Shown here: piece after piece, positions 36,915 through 49,097 of the stretch
Layout of the letters: the number at the start of each line of letters is the position of its first letter
Position numbering within the stretch: the stretch's first letter is position 1
Origin: Octopus bimaculoides
Lineage: Eukaryota
Direction: 5' to 3'
DNA length: 49,097 nucleotides
Assembly: GCF_001194135.2 (NCBI RefSeq)
Contig: NC_068990.1
Coordinates: 47,769,516-47,818,612, forward strand
Made by a program: the position numbers and the translations under genes
Notes under the pieces: model-generated
Database searches by the model: none
Told to the model about the DNA's origin: nothing
What the model saw: only the letters and a program-made list of their open reading frames with translations

Positions 36915-38169
36915 CAGGGTTTTGTAGATAAATTGAGACAATTTTTACGATGCATAAAACTGGTTATAAATACTAAAATAATGGTAGTAGACAGATATAA
37001 TTTCAATGTGACATTTATTACAACAAAAACATTTATCACTCAATATGGTTGACCTTATAGGCAATTACTGCCTTCACACGAGAATGAAATTTTTTTGCAG
37101 CTGCAACAATTTCTGCCTTTGTGATTTTGCATATTGCATGCACAATGCAGATATTTAAACTGTTGACACTCGAGTGTGGTGAAGCATTGGTCCTTGCTTG
37201 AAGTATGCCCCATAAAAAGTAATCGAGAAGGCTGAGATCCAGGATAATACTAGGCCAGATGTTGGCCCTCACAAAAATGGCACCTCACCAAAGAAGGCTT
37301 GTGTTGCTTTTGAGCCATGGCATGGTGGAGAATCCTGGATAAGCACCACGTTGTCAAGCCCAAACTTCTGTTCCACCCAACATAACAGAGAGTTCTTCAG
37401 GATGTCCAGATACAACTTTATGCCAATCTTCAAGCTAGACTCAATGAAGTGTGGATCCATGACACTTCCATCACTTACCATGGCTCCAAATACTGTCACA
37501 GAGGCAAGTCTCAAACACAGGGCGTATCAGAAGGGTTGCATGTAATCATTCGAGAATTTCTGCAATTCACCTCAGTATCCACAGTGAACATGTGAGTTTT
37601 TCCTGCACTTTGATGCTTGATGAATAGCAAAAACTTTGGGCATCTCTTGGCACTGATTGCTTTGGCCTGGGCTGTTAAGAGATGACAACATCATCAAACA
37701 TAACTAGTCATGCCAAGGTTCCTGTTCACAGCTCTGGACACTGTGGAAAGGGATACATTGCATTTCTTTGCAAGAGTTGTCATGGATGTAGACGGGTTGG
37801 CTTCAGTTGAGCATTTGAGGCCATCAAGAAACTTTAGATTGCACTTGAAATCACTTTGAGTCTTGTGTTCCTTTCTATCAATCTTTCCTACTTCTTTAAA
37901 TTGTTTATACACACGATAAACTGTTGCTTTTTGGAAGTTTTATCAACTTAATGATTTTACTGGTAATGTGCCCAGTGTGCACCAAAACAACATTGGTGGA
38001 ATGATTCTGTTGTTCTATGACTTTCTGAGGTTGAACCAGTTTGCTATTTACCTGAAAAATAAAGAGGAGGATTAGATTTTCAAGCAAGCAAGGTTTTGTC
38101 AAAAACTGAAATGTTAAACCCACTTAGTCAACTGCTCAAAACTGGTCTCAATTTATCTGCAAGATCCTG
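36915..38169 (-). mobile_element. Full-length but decayed Tc1/mariner (maT/DD37D-like) transposon, 1255 bp
   Basis: TIRs CAGGGTTTTGTAGATAAATTGAGAC and GTCTCAATTTATCTGCAAGATCCTG, with TA on the right. HTH (NPSTSMTTLAKKCNVSLSTVSRAV), VTVFGAMVSDG, QDSPPCH and WPSIILDLSLLDYFLWG motifs. Confidence 0.9.
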
Positions 38170-38333
38170 TATACTCAAGTTACAAGGAGGTATATGTAAA
38201 CGAAGTGGAGCCAAGGACTGGATAGGGTGAATGGGTGGGTAAATTAGCAAGATTGTGACAGGGGAGTGGGAGGTGGATGGGGGAATGTAATGAGTGGACA
38301 CAAATAGAAGAAGGGTATGTTAAGAGGATATGT

Positions 38334-38380
<47 letters not shown>

Positions 38381-38715
38381 GTGTGTGTGTGTATGTATGT
38401 GTGTATGTATGTATGTATGTATATATATATATTATATNNNNNNNNNNNNNNNNNNNNNNNNNNNNNNNNNNNNNNNNNNNNNNNNNNNNNNNNNNNNNNN
38501 NNNNNNNNNNNNNNNNNNNNNNNNNNNNNNNNNNNNNNNNNNNNNNNNNNNNNNNNNNNNNNNNNNNNNNNNNNNNNNNNNNNNNNNNNNNNNNNNNNNN
38601 NNNNNNNNNNNNNNNNNNNNNNNNNNNNNNNNNNNNNNNNNNNNNNNNNNNNNNNNNNNNNNNNNNNNNNNNNNNNNNNNNNNNNNNNNNNNNNNNNNNN
38701 NNNNNNNNNNNNNNN

Positions 38716-40397
38716 GCAATTATTCTTCCTCTATATAAAGGAAAAGAAGCCAGAACAATGTGTGGTAACTACAGAGGTATTGCTCTATTATCAGCTGCTA
38801 GCAAGATTCTGGCAAATATTCTTCTTACCCTTCTGAATGGGTGTCTCGTAAATGATGTCCTATCTGAATCTCAATGTGGCTTCCGATCTGGTAGAGGGAC
38901 AATGGATATGATTTTCACAGCAAGACAGATGCAGGAGAAGTGCTATGAGCAGAATATGGATCTTGTCCAGGTATTCATTGATTTAACAAAGGCTTTTGAT
39001 ACTGTAAATAGGGCCTTTCTATGGAAAATACTTGGCAAACTTGGATGTCCGGATCACTTTGTATCTATAATTAAATCATTTCATGATGGGATGGAGGCTT
39101 GGGTCAATGTTGGTGGTGGCATAGCAGGACCCATTCCTGTAGAGAATGGTGTCATGCAGGGTGACATCCTTGCCCCAACTCTCTTTTCTTTGTACTTTGC
39201 TGCTGCTTTTACTCATGCTTTTGCTAAAGTTAGCTCTCTGGGAATATATGTCAAATATCGATCTTCTGGCAGCCTCTTTAATCTTCGCTGATTTGCTGCC
39301 AATTCAAAAGTTCTCCAGTCTATTATTCGTGACCTCCTTTATGCAGATGACTGTGACTTAGTCACTCATACAGTGGATGACATGCAGATACTCCTGAATT
39401 GCATTTCTGCTTCTTGCAAGGCATTTGGACTTGGCATTAGCCTAGACAAGACTGTTGTAATGTTCCAGCCTGCACCAGGAAATCCATATGTGAAACCAGC
39501 TATCTTGGTTGAAGGAACAATTCTGAAGGTAGGAGACAAGTTTGTCTACCTGGGCAGCACACTCAGCCGTTCTTGCTCCCTGGATGAGAAAATATGTTTC
39601 AGGTTGCAGAGAGCAACTAATTCNNNNNNNNNNNNNNNNNNNNNNNNNNNNNNNNNNNNNNNNNNNNNNNNNNNNNNNNNNNNNNNNNNNNNNNNNNNNN
39701 NNNNNNNNNNNNNNNNNNNNNNNNNNNNNNNNNNNNNNNNNNNNNNNNNNNNNNNNNNNNNNNNNNNNNNNNNNNNNNNNNNNNNNNNNNNNNNNNNNNN
39801 NNNNNNNNNNNNNNNNNNNNNNNNNNNNNNNNNNNNNNNNNNNNNNNNNNNNNNNNNNNNNNNNNNNNNNNNNNNNNNNNNNNNNNNNNNNNNNNNNNNN
39901 NNNNNNNNNNNNNNNNNNNNNNNNNNNNNNNNNNNNNNNNNNNNNNNNNNNNNNNNNNNNNNNNNNNNNNNNNNNNNNNNNNNNNNNNNNNNNNNNNNNN
40001 NNNNNNNNNNNNNNNNNNNNNNNNNNNNNNNNNNNNNNNNNNNNNNNNNNNNNNNNNNNNNNNNNAAAGGCCTGTGATATGCAGGACACTGACTGGGAGA
40101 ACAATGCCTGTCATCGCCACGGATGGAGGAAGCAGGTTAAGGAGGGGATCAACACTTTTGAGAGAGCATGTATCCAGCATGAAGAACTTAAGCGAGCTGT
40201 ACAAAAGCGTATGGGTCATATAGTGAATGGGGAAAGCTTAATCTGCAATGTTTGCAGTCGTGTATGCTTGTCAAGAGCAGGGCTCATTAGCCACTAATGG
40301 AGCTGCAAATGCAAAATATAAGTTAGTCTTAGAGCGCACAATGTTCCTGAAGGTCGGCAATGGTCTTCCTCGGTCACGAGTGGACGGCTATCATCAT
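38716..40397 (+). mobile_element. RTE (BovB-like) LINE RT and C-terminal C2H2 finger, interrupted by an N-gap
   Basis: NYRGIALL, QCGFRSGRGTMDMIF, FIDLTKAFDTV, VMQGDILAP, LLYADD, YLGS and CNVCSRVCLSRAGLISH motifs. One in-frame TGA at 39289. Confidence 0.93.
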
Positions 40398-40514
40398 GTA
40401 TGTATATATATATATATATTGTACTAATCCATGATAGAAAATTCAATAAAAAAATGTACTCCATCTGGTGAGAGATAAATATTATTTTTTATAGGTCATA
40501 ATACATGTATTAAA

Positions 40515-40567
40515 GCGCTACTAATAGTTTCATATGTTGAGGAAACTCAAACATATTCTTCAGGTTC
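40515..40567 (-). ncRNA. Type I hammerhead motif, sense to the SLC22 pre-mRNA
   Basis: gaac-CTGAAGA-atatgtttgag-tttc-ctcaacatat-GAAAC-tatta-GTA-gcgc. Stem II has 10 pairs plus one bulge, and stem III is ACTA-T-TAGT. Confidence 0.62.
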
Positions 40568-40676
40568 AAACCACATATCACAACGAACTAAAAAGTTGAA
40601 TAAATATATGCTGCCTTCTCAGCTTCATCGTGTTTCTTCTATTTATTCAATTTTTTTAGCTTGTTATATGTGGTTT

Positions 40677-40730
40677 GCACCTGAAGAATATGTTTGAGTT
40701 CTCTCAACATATGAAACTGTTAGTAGCACT
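40677..40730 (+). ncRNA. Type I hammerhead motif (mirror copy)
   Basis: gcac-CTGAAGA-atatgtttgag-ttct-ctcaacatat-GAAAC-tgtta-GTA-gcac. Confidence 0.6.
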
Positions 40731-40951
40731 TTAATACACATATTGTCACCTTTAAAATATATATATATATATATATTTATATAAACACAGAAAAACTAAG
40801 GCTTTTTAAATTTTAAAATAAGGTTTAAAAACCAAATGTAAAATGGTAATTAATTAGACAAAGTTCTAATATCTAACCTATATAAGAAATCTAATCTTAT
40901 TTATGACAATGGCATAAACAATTTTGAATAAAATGAGGTAGTTTTACTCAC

Positions 40952-41106
40952 AAATTATGTATACTGCTATAAAAGCACCTAATACAGATACTCCTCCAAA
41001 GAATCTCAGGAAAATAAGGAGTTCACTGGTTTTGATAAAGTAGAGTGGCAGTGTACATAGGACCTGAATAACCAGAACTATGATCTCAGCTAGTTTGCGA
41101 CCTTTC
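40952..41106 (-). CDS. SLC22-family transporter exon (TM3-TM4), 155 bp
   Basis: Acceptor tttccatttattctAG, donor GTgagt. (W)KGRKLAEIIVLVIQVLCTLPLYFIKTSELLIFLRFFGGVSVLGAFIAVYII(S) completes MFS motif A (SDWKGRK) and carries the RFxxG motif. Confidence 0.93.
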
Positions 41107-41669
41107 CTAGAATAAATGGAAAATAAATGGAATATTAATCAAACATTTTATACAGGAATTTTATCACATGGTATGGTTAAATGGTTAAGAAGTATACTTG
41201 GCAGCCATGCGATCCAGGGCTTGATTCCAAAGCACAGTAGCAAATGTCATTTTCTGTAGCCTCAAATCAACCCATATTCTATGAATGAAATTAGGTATAT
41301 AGAAGCCTGTCTCATGGATTGTACCTGCAATTCGGATTACTTAGCCTTGTCACTAACACTGTGTCATGCTGATTCTGCTTGAGAATTACATTATGGGTAC
41401 ATGTCTGTTGAATAAAAAGTCAAATACATTCAAATTCAATGAGCCAGTAGTTCAGTTGATCAAATTACTGAATCTGCACCATCATATGAAAAAAAATCAT
41501 ACATCCATCCACACATCCATCCATCCATCAATCTGTCCATCCATCCACCTGTCTGTCTGTCCATCAATCCATCCATCTGTCCATTCATTCATCTATTCAG
41601 CCACAGAATTTCCATTTTGCAATAAATACTACCACACATGGAACAATAAATTAATTTCTTAAAACATAC

Positions 41670-41773
41670 CAGTCAGAAAGAAATCCCAAAACTAAAGATG
41701 CAGCCAAAATTCCACCCATTAAAACCATATTTATGAGAGGGATCAGGTCAGCTTTTTCACATACGAAGTTCAT
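41670..41773 (-). CDS. SLC22-family transporter exon (TM2), 104 bp
   Basis: Acceptor ttttcttttacAG, donor GTatgt. MNFVCEKADLIPLINMVLMGGILAASLVLGFLSDW matches the W/M-x-L/F-V-C ... G-x-L-S-D pattern. Confidence 0.93.
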
Positions 41774-41974
41774 CTGTAAAAGAAAATAACAATAACTGTC
41801 ATTGAAAAACATTTAATAAATATAATGTTTTATCATTATTTCCATAAATTATTTGTTAATAGTTTAAACACATAAAATTATCTGCTGTTCTCAACTTGGT
41901 AACAGCATACTATCTCCTACTTCTACTCATTTATTTCATCTATCTTTGTTCCTCTCATTATAGATGTTATGAAA

Positions 41975-42190
41975 GTGGTGAGCAGGTAAAATTGTTAGTG
42001 TACCAGACAGAATGCTTTGCAGCATTTTTTCCATCTTTACATTCTGAGTTCAAATTATGCTGAGGTTGACTTTGCCTTTCATCCTTTCAGGGTTGATGAA
42101 ATAAGTATCAGTTTACCATTAGGGTCAATGTAATCAATTATCCCCCTCCCCTAACACTTCAGGCCTTGTGCCTATAGTAGAAGGGATTAT
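41975..42190 (+). mobile_element. SINE fragment (related copy at 45320-45520)
   Basis: ttctgagttcaaat...gactttgcctttcatcctttc.gggt...aataagta is shared by both copies. Confidence 0.6.
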
Positions 42191-42289
42191 AAATGCTATG
42201 TATTATATAAATAATAGGATGTTTATTCAGTAGCTGCTATCGTCCCTGATAACTAAAATACAAAAATACGATTCAGAAAGTATAGTTAC

Positions 42290-42464
42290 GTCTGTTGCAG
42301 CTGTAGCTGTAAAATCTGTTTTATCATATACCCAAGATTTACAGGCAATGCTTTCCTCAGTTCTGTCTGTAGTATTAAATTCAGTCTCATTATTTGGATA
42401 AAGGTAACATTCATCTTTTGTGATGTTGTATGTAATGTTACCATAAGTGTGGTTACTGGTACAT
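42290..42464 (-). CDS. SLC22-family transporter exon (large extracellular loop 1), 175 bp
   Basis: Acceptor tttattatacttatAG and donor GTaact. Translates (R)CTSNHTYGNITYNITKDECYLYPNNETEFNTTDRTEESIACKSWVYDKTDFTATAATD, with the SLC22 C-x2-W-V-Y-D-x3-F-x2-T pattern and several N-x-T sequons. Phase 0 joins the next exon. Confidence 0.92.
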
Positions 42465-42589
42465 CTATAAGTATAATAAATAAAATATCAGATTTTGGTC
42501 CATACAAAGGTATACATTTCATTTAAATTCATTTCAAACTGGGAATATGGTTACTGTTTGACAAAACACTCTGCGTGTGTGCTGACCAT

Positions 42590-43170
42590 ATAAACTGTGT
42601 ACCCTGATTATATAACCTGACTGTGTGTCCTGACTATATAACTTCAATATATGTCCTAAATTCATATCCTGACTAATGCCTTATGTATACAAGCCTGTAA
42701 TTTGTCCTGACTTGTTGTTCTGAATGTATGTCCTCAGTATATGTCCTGACCCTATGACTTGACTACATACTCTGATTATATGTCCTGACTATATGTCTGT
42801 TTAGACTATATGTTATGATTATACATTTTAACTATATGTCCTCCCTTGACTATATAACCCAACTATATGTCCTCCCTTGACTATATAACCCAACTATATG
42901 TCCTGACTGCATAAACTATTTAACTACATTTCTTTACAGAGATTATGACTATATAACCAGACTATGTGTCCTGACTATGTTCTAACTATACATTCTAGAA
43001 AGATGTTCTGATTTTATGTCCAAGATAGATTACCTTACTATAGATCCTAACTAAGTGTCCTAAATATATCTTCTAACTTTAATCATAAATTTATGATCTA
43101 AATATATGTCATGTCTTTATGTTTGTCTTAACTCTGTGTCCTAATTGTGTGTTCTGTTTTTATGTCTTGA
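42590..43170. repeat. Degenerate minisatellite (atgtcctgactata core)
   Basis: Many gtcctgactata variants, with an exact 31-bp duplication at about 42831-42900. Confidence 0.8.
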
Positions 43171-46100
43171 CTATATATTGTAACTGTTCTTCTCCTCTAA
43201 ATGTCTCATTAATTTGGGCTACAAACTCTTCTGTGATCATCCTTATGATAGTAGGTTGGAATTCTAAAGTTTCCTCTTGGCATTGATATTTGCTACTCCT
43301 ACATATTAGGGATTTAAAGAGTGCAGTTTTTTATGCCAGACTGTTTTCCAACCGAGATTGACAATAAAGGTTCAGACCATAAGAAAAAATAGCCAAGATG
43401 GTGACAATGATGATAAGGAATATAGGAATATTGTAATAAATACAATTGATGATGACGATGATGATGATGACGACAACAACGATGATGACAACAATGATGA
43501 TGAAAAATTTATGGTACATAATCCATATGTTTGACCATCAAGAAGCAAATGAAACTTATTTTAAGGGAAAAAATATATTCTGAATAGAAAAGAAGTCATA
43601 GTTTATTTTACAAACTCAAAGCAAATAATGTTTCAATTGAATCAAAGCATTTATGAATTTCAACACAAAATATCATTAAATAATTTTTTTTCCATTAAAC
43701 AACTATATTGAGATATAGTTTAAAATGTAAGCAGTAGAAATTATTTTCAGCCAAATACATTAAGACAGTGCAATTGTGATGATGTAGATAAGGGTATTTT
43801 AACATTTGATAATAATTACAAGATACTGAAGCAGAATGTCAGAGAGTGGTGAATCTAATTTTGTTGCCTTGTGGTTCCAAATCACCTCTCCAGGGTCAAA
43901 ATCAGTAATATTCTGGGCTCAAGTTCTACAGCCATATTTCCTTCCTCTTTACAGAAATAGATTTTGTACCGAGTCAGTATATCATTGATATTCAAGCTTA
44001 TAATCCACTACAGTTCTCCAATGCATAGCTGTGCATTTGATAAGTTTTTTCCCCAACTACAAGGTTTCAAGGTCAGTCCTACTGCATAGCAACTTGAGGG
44101 CCTTCTCCTATAGTCCTTGACCAATCAAAATGTAAGTAGATTTGGGTTGATGGAAACTGAAAGAAATTCATAACACTTACACACACACGCACACACATAC
44201 ACCGTGCGTGTGTGAGTTTGTGTGAGTGTTTATTTACATTTGTACATCTCTGAAAATAGCTGAACTATGAATAGTGATGTTAATTCACCTGCCAATAACT
44301 TGTCCAGTGGTTTTGTGCCTTCAAAAATGTGTGTATAGTAATGAAAGGTGGGTGGCATACACAGGGTGAAGGCTCTCCTCTACTTTTCAATTTATAGCTT
44401 ATGTACTTGTAAGAAGTAAGAGATGTTTTTTGGTTAGCATTTGTCAAGTTTCTAACAAATTAAATTAACTTGTTTATTTGCAATAATTATGTTTGCATAT
44501 TTTACTCAGCTCTCATAAGCAAAACATATAGTAAATTATCAAAAATAAAAAAAACACAAAAACACAATATTTCTTTATGAATTAGTAGTTTTACATGGGA
44601 ACATGTAAAACTAACAAGTTAAGGTGACATTGGCAAATAAAAAAAAAAATGTAAGAGGTCACAAATATCTGTCTCAGCAAGTATAATTACACTGTGTGAC
44701 AATTTCTATTATCTTTGGTCAGTAAGTGTTATTTTCTACTTGCTTCTATCTAGAAATCAAAGGAAATGACTACTATTTTCCATTACATTTCAGACAGATT
44801 CAGCACTGAGTTGCTGAAGCAGAAATATCGTTATAGCAAATATTCTGCTCAATACCACAGATTTGCTGGTCAGTTGCTTGACCGTAACCACTTGAGCATG
44901 TCCCTTAGGTGCAGACAATATGTATATTTCTGATCATGAGTAGGAGTAGTGGGGCAGCATCATTGCCATGTGTTGAGAGGAGTTCTTTGGGGCTTGAATA
45001 AATGTAACAAAAGCAAAGTTTGAAGGAAATATTAGCCATTTCTCATACTTTCTAGGGGTAAGCAAATAGGAAATAACAGTTGCTACCTAAGGACAAAAGT
45101 CGTGTTACAGTGTTATTAGCTTACTAAACCTTGAAATCTAGTATGGCAAATTCTCCTTTACATGCACAAAACTTAACTTATCTAGAATATTTTGTAATAG
45201 AGGTGTATGAAATATTTTTATAAAGAAAAAGTAGTTGTTATAATAGTGTAACTTAAAGGTTAGGGATTGGAGTGCTTAATATTGTTTCATTATATTTAAT
45301 TTAAAAAAGGTGGTAAGCTGGCAGAATCATAAGCATGCCATGCAAAATTCTTAGAGGCATTTTGTCCATCTTTATGTTCCAAGATAAAATTCTGCCAAAT
45401 TCAACTTTGCCTTTCATCCTTTTGGGGGGTCAACAAATCAAGTACCATTTGAGCACTGGTGTTGATGTAATCAACTTATCCTTCCCCCGAAATTACTGGC
45501 CCTGTACCAAAATTTGAAAACATTATATATAATGAAGTGCAGCTCATTAAACTTGTGTCCTTCTAAATTTGCTACTATATATCAGGTAGTTACTAAAACT
45601 ATCACATAGCTTTCATGCTATCATATACCACACAACCACTCTTCCATACAGTGATGAGAAATGTCTGCCACATGAGACTCATCACTCAATATGGGTTGGA
45701 TAGGCAAGGTCATACAGCTAGTCATATCAGCTGACAAGCCAAGGTTGGTGACCACTGCTGTTTTTTAGAATTTCAAAAACTTGCTATGCTTGATTTAAAA
45801 AAAAAAAAGATAACTGCTAGATGAAGAATTAACAGATAGTTTGTAAAATTTGGACAAATTTTTTCCATAGCTGGACAAATCTTTAATAATCAAATTTGAG
45901 AAAATTGGCAGTGAAGATGGTGAAATAGCAACGCTAGCCATATATAGAAACTTTGTGAAGCATGAAGTAACTCAATATAGGAAGGAAAGTTAGTTACTTG
46001 CTATTAGGTTGTTTCACTTGAGATGCCTTTGTTCATTACATACTCAACTTATTGTAGCTAGTATTTGGACTTAGCTATACATGAACTTCATAAATAAGAA

Positions 46101-47029
46101 ATTGGATTGATTGGCTTGAATTAGGGTACATAATTAATTCAATACATTTTCTGTTGTGTTTCTCCCAGTAAGAAACTACATTTTCAGAGTAAGTGCTTTT
46201 GTTAAATTAGAATGGATAGGAAGGAAATTAAATAACCATGGGTTTTTACAATAATCATGGGCTTTACAAGCCATGGGTTTTACAATAACCATGGGTTTTT
46301 ACAAGCCTAAATATCCTATTGTGTGTAGTTTTATTAATCAAAACAATAGTGCAAATGATAATATTTTCTCATATATCACTACGAAACATTTATAAATTTC
46401 AGATTGGTGTGCTCCGGTGGAAATTTACATACTAAGCTACTTTAAAAGACATTTTCTGAATGATGAAAAAATAAATGATAATGAAAGCATTCAACATGTA
46501 TAAAAGGCTAAATTACTTGAAAATGATAATATAATTATTGTAGCTGTTTTGTCTGATGCTACCTGTGAAAGTGAAAACATTTCCAAAAATATAGAAAAAT
46601 GTGATCACCCAGGCAGTTGGACAAAAAAATGTATAATATTTAAACAAAAAGAAATCCATGGTTAATTGTTATATACTGAAAATTAAAATGTAATGTATGC
46701 AGTAAGTGTGGTCATCACATACATATGCACACACATATGAATAATGAATTGATTTGTGGACTGAGTGGTGCAGCATTAATGTAAAAGGAGTAACTGATGA
46801 CATCACTAAATAGTTAATGAGTTTAATAAAAAAGATTTTTAAGTACAAAAATTGTAAAGCTAATATTAGTTACCTAAAATATCAATGAAACAGCTAAAAG
46901 AATTAAAAGCAATCAAAACTGCAGTTTCTATGTCACTGAAAATGTATGAAACAAAAAACAGGTTGAGCTTTTAGAACTGAATGAGTCATATGAACTTGCA
47001 TGAGTCATATGAGTCATTTGTTGAGACAA

Positions 47030-47212
47030 ACTTTCTATGGCCAATGTCAAATGCCCTTCCTGTTGTCAACCCTCACCTGTTTCCAAGTAAGGCTATTTTC
47101 TCCATGCCCAGACAAGTTTTCCTGAAAGATTGGAAATGAAGGACACCACTTGCATGACAATGACACTTACAATTATCATGTGATATCAAGGCAAGGAGAT
47201 AGCAAATCACAA

Positions 47213-47306
<94 letters not shown>

Positions 47307-47310
47307 ACAT
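47030..47310 (+). repeat. SINE-like repeat followed by a (CA)n microsatellite
   Basis: gcccttcctgttgtcaaccctcacctgtttccaagtaagg...gaaggacaccacttgcatg, then a CA run at 47214-47310. Confidence 0.7.
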
Positions 47311-47840
47311 ACACACAGAAGAAGCATGCCACCCTGATGAACTCCCTCAGCACACAAACATATGACCATCACGTATACCCAGAATACAATATAATATAAT
47401 GCAAATATCGAAATACAATAAACTGAAAAAAAGTTCTTTTTAAATTTCACGGTAGGCGACTAGGGTTGCTAGGAGGGCAAATAAGAATATAAGAGTTAAA
47501 GAATGGAGTAGATAAGATCTGGGCTACATATGTTTCATAGCAAGTGGGAACCTCATAAGTGGTAAATATCCAAGCGGAGTGTATACCGCAAGCTACTCTT
47601 CAGGCCAAAGATATCTTGATTAAATCAAAGTTTACATTGTCACAAGGAGGTACATGTTAACACATGGAAGATTCAATCAGAATGTGTAGAGAGCACAGTA
47701 GGAGAAGAGGATATAAATGTAGAGAGAAATAAGGATTAAAAGAAGGAAAAAAGAAAGAAAAAATTTAAGGGAGTGAGAGGAATGAAGAATTTAAGCAATG
47801 TCATTTGACTGGTAGTATTCAATGGAGCTGTTTTGGTCAA

Positions 47841-48055
47841 ATCACAGAAATTAGCAAATGGAGTGGTATTTGAAAAAAAGATAATGTGGAGGGAAGAGGG
47901 TGGGGAAATATTTTTAATCAAGAGGAAGAAAAAAGTGTGCATGAATCACAGTGTGCATGAATGTCACAGAAATTAGCAAGGGGAGTAGTATTAGAAAAAA
48001 ATGTGGTGGGAAGTGGGTGGGGAAATGTTTTTTGGTCAAGGGGGAGAAAAAATAT
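47841..48055 (+). repeat. Imperfect tandem duplication of about 120 bp
   Basis: tcacagaaattagcaa...ggggtggggaaat...tcaag occurs at 47841-47945 and 47964-48055. Confidence 0.7.
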
Positions 48056-48240
48056 ATATGCAAGAAGAAAGCAAGACAGAATGGGGAAGAATCGTAGTGG
48101 CTACTACTGGATTGCTATTGAGGAATGTATATTGTGTGCAGTGAGCATGTTTACAGTATGAAGTAGTAGAGGCATATGTTCACATATGTACTTGTAAGTT
48201 TGTGAAGGGAGGAGGCAGGTGAAAAAAGAGAAAAAAAATT

Positions 48241-48994
48241 GGATCTTTCTGAATTGACGGGCACCACTTGTTTTCTTAACGAAACACTTTCAAACTTGGG
48301 ATACTGGTAGAATGTGTCATATAAAACATCTTTTTCTCTTAGCCTTCTGAACAAAAATTTCTATATTGCAAGTTATTTCATGTTAAAGTTGTCGTATTTC
48401 TGTAATTTCAACCAATCACTGACGTCTATTCAGCTGAATACAGTTACTGCTGTTTTTGTAAACAATAATTTTTGCCGGTGTCAAGATCATTAATCCCTGG
48501 TAATTATATCGTTATTCCCTAGTAAGGGTTTAGGGTTTTAGGGTTAGGATTCGGGTTTTGGGGTTAGGGTTAGGGTTATGAGTTAGGTTATGGCAAAAAT
48601 AATAATAACCCTAACCCTAAAACCCGAACCCTAACTCTTAAGCTAAAATCAGTGCAAACGCACGAACGATGTTATAAATAACAGTACCGCTGATAGTTGT
48701 TGTTGACAAACAACGGCACTAATTTTATTCAAGGGAAAAGATCCCATTACACCGCCCAACGTGTGGTGTTCACAATTCACAGCAGTAATTGCTTTCACCT
48801 CAATAGACGTCAGTGATTGGTTGAAATTACCGAAATACGACAATTTTTTACATGAAATAACTTCGAATACAAAAATTTTTATCTGTTCTATAAGACAAAA
48901 TATACAAGTATACGAAGTTTGAAAGTGTTTTGGTACCAAAAACACTTCATAAAACATAAATGAAAAGTGGTGCCTGTCAATTCAGAAAGATCCC
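48241..48994. mobile_element. Fold-back DNA element with about 220-bp TIRs and internal telomere-like repeats
   Basis: ggatctttctgaattgacgggcacc...ttcaaccaatcactgacgtctatt versus aatagacgtcagtgattggttgaa...ggtgcctgtcaattcagaaagatcc. TTAGGG-like run at 48524-48590 and CCCTAA-like run at 48608-48640. Confidence 0.85.
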
Positions 48995-49097
48995 AAAAAT
49001 TTTTAATGAAAAGGTAAAATACAGATAGAAGTATGTAAATGACAATAAGGAATTAAAAGGAAGATATATTGTTGGTTTTATATATATATATATATAT

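Larger units (their letters stand above)
40494..40750. mobile_element. Fold-back element with hammerhead cores on both arms
   Basis: Arms 40494-40606 and 40640-40750. Confidence 0.75.

Noticed and set aside
43331-43519. Hydrophobic ORF as SLC22 TM1 exon
   Set aside because: Mostly (ATC/GAT)n translation, with no acceptor and no phase-compatible strong donor.

Overview
AT-rich, repeat-saturated animal genomic DNA. The repeat families and microsatellite style suggest a coleoid cephalopod such as Octopus; this is inference. There are five N-gaps. The only host gene I can support is a minus-strand SLC22-family (organic cation/anion transporter-like, MFS) gene. Six in-phase exons were assembled by hand: 42464-42290, 41773-41670, 41106-40952, 28212-28044, 23282-23064 and 21130-20907, 1046 nt in total. 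Three of these are invisible in the ORF track. The first exon and the TM10-12 exons were not found. The rest is mostly decayed mobile DNA: RTE LINEs, R4/Dong-like RLE LINEs, Gypsy LTR elements, a solo LTR, Tc1/mariner (maT-like) transposons, MITEs, SINEs and Penelope-like element (PLE) fragments. The most notable unexplained structure is a series of unrelated fold-back (inverted-repeat) elements whose arms carry minimal type I hammerhead-ribozyme cores with palindromic stem III. Several lie in, or downstream of, the SLC22 introns. Also notable: a perfect 311-bp palindrome with a tRNA-like fold inserted with a 13-bp direct repeat, a fold-back element carrying opposed telomere-like repeats, and a 44-bp templated insertion copied from 3 kb away. 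No rRNA, intact tRNA or CRISPR array is present.
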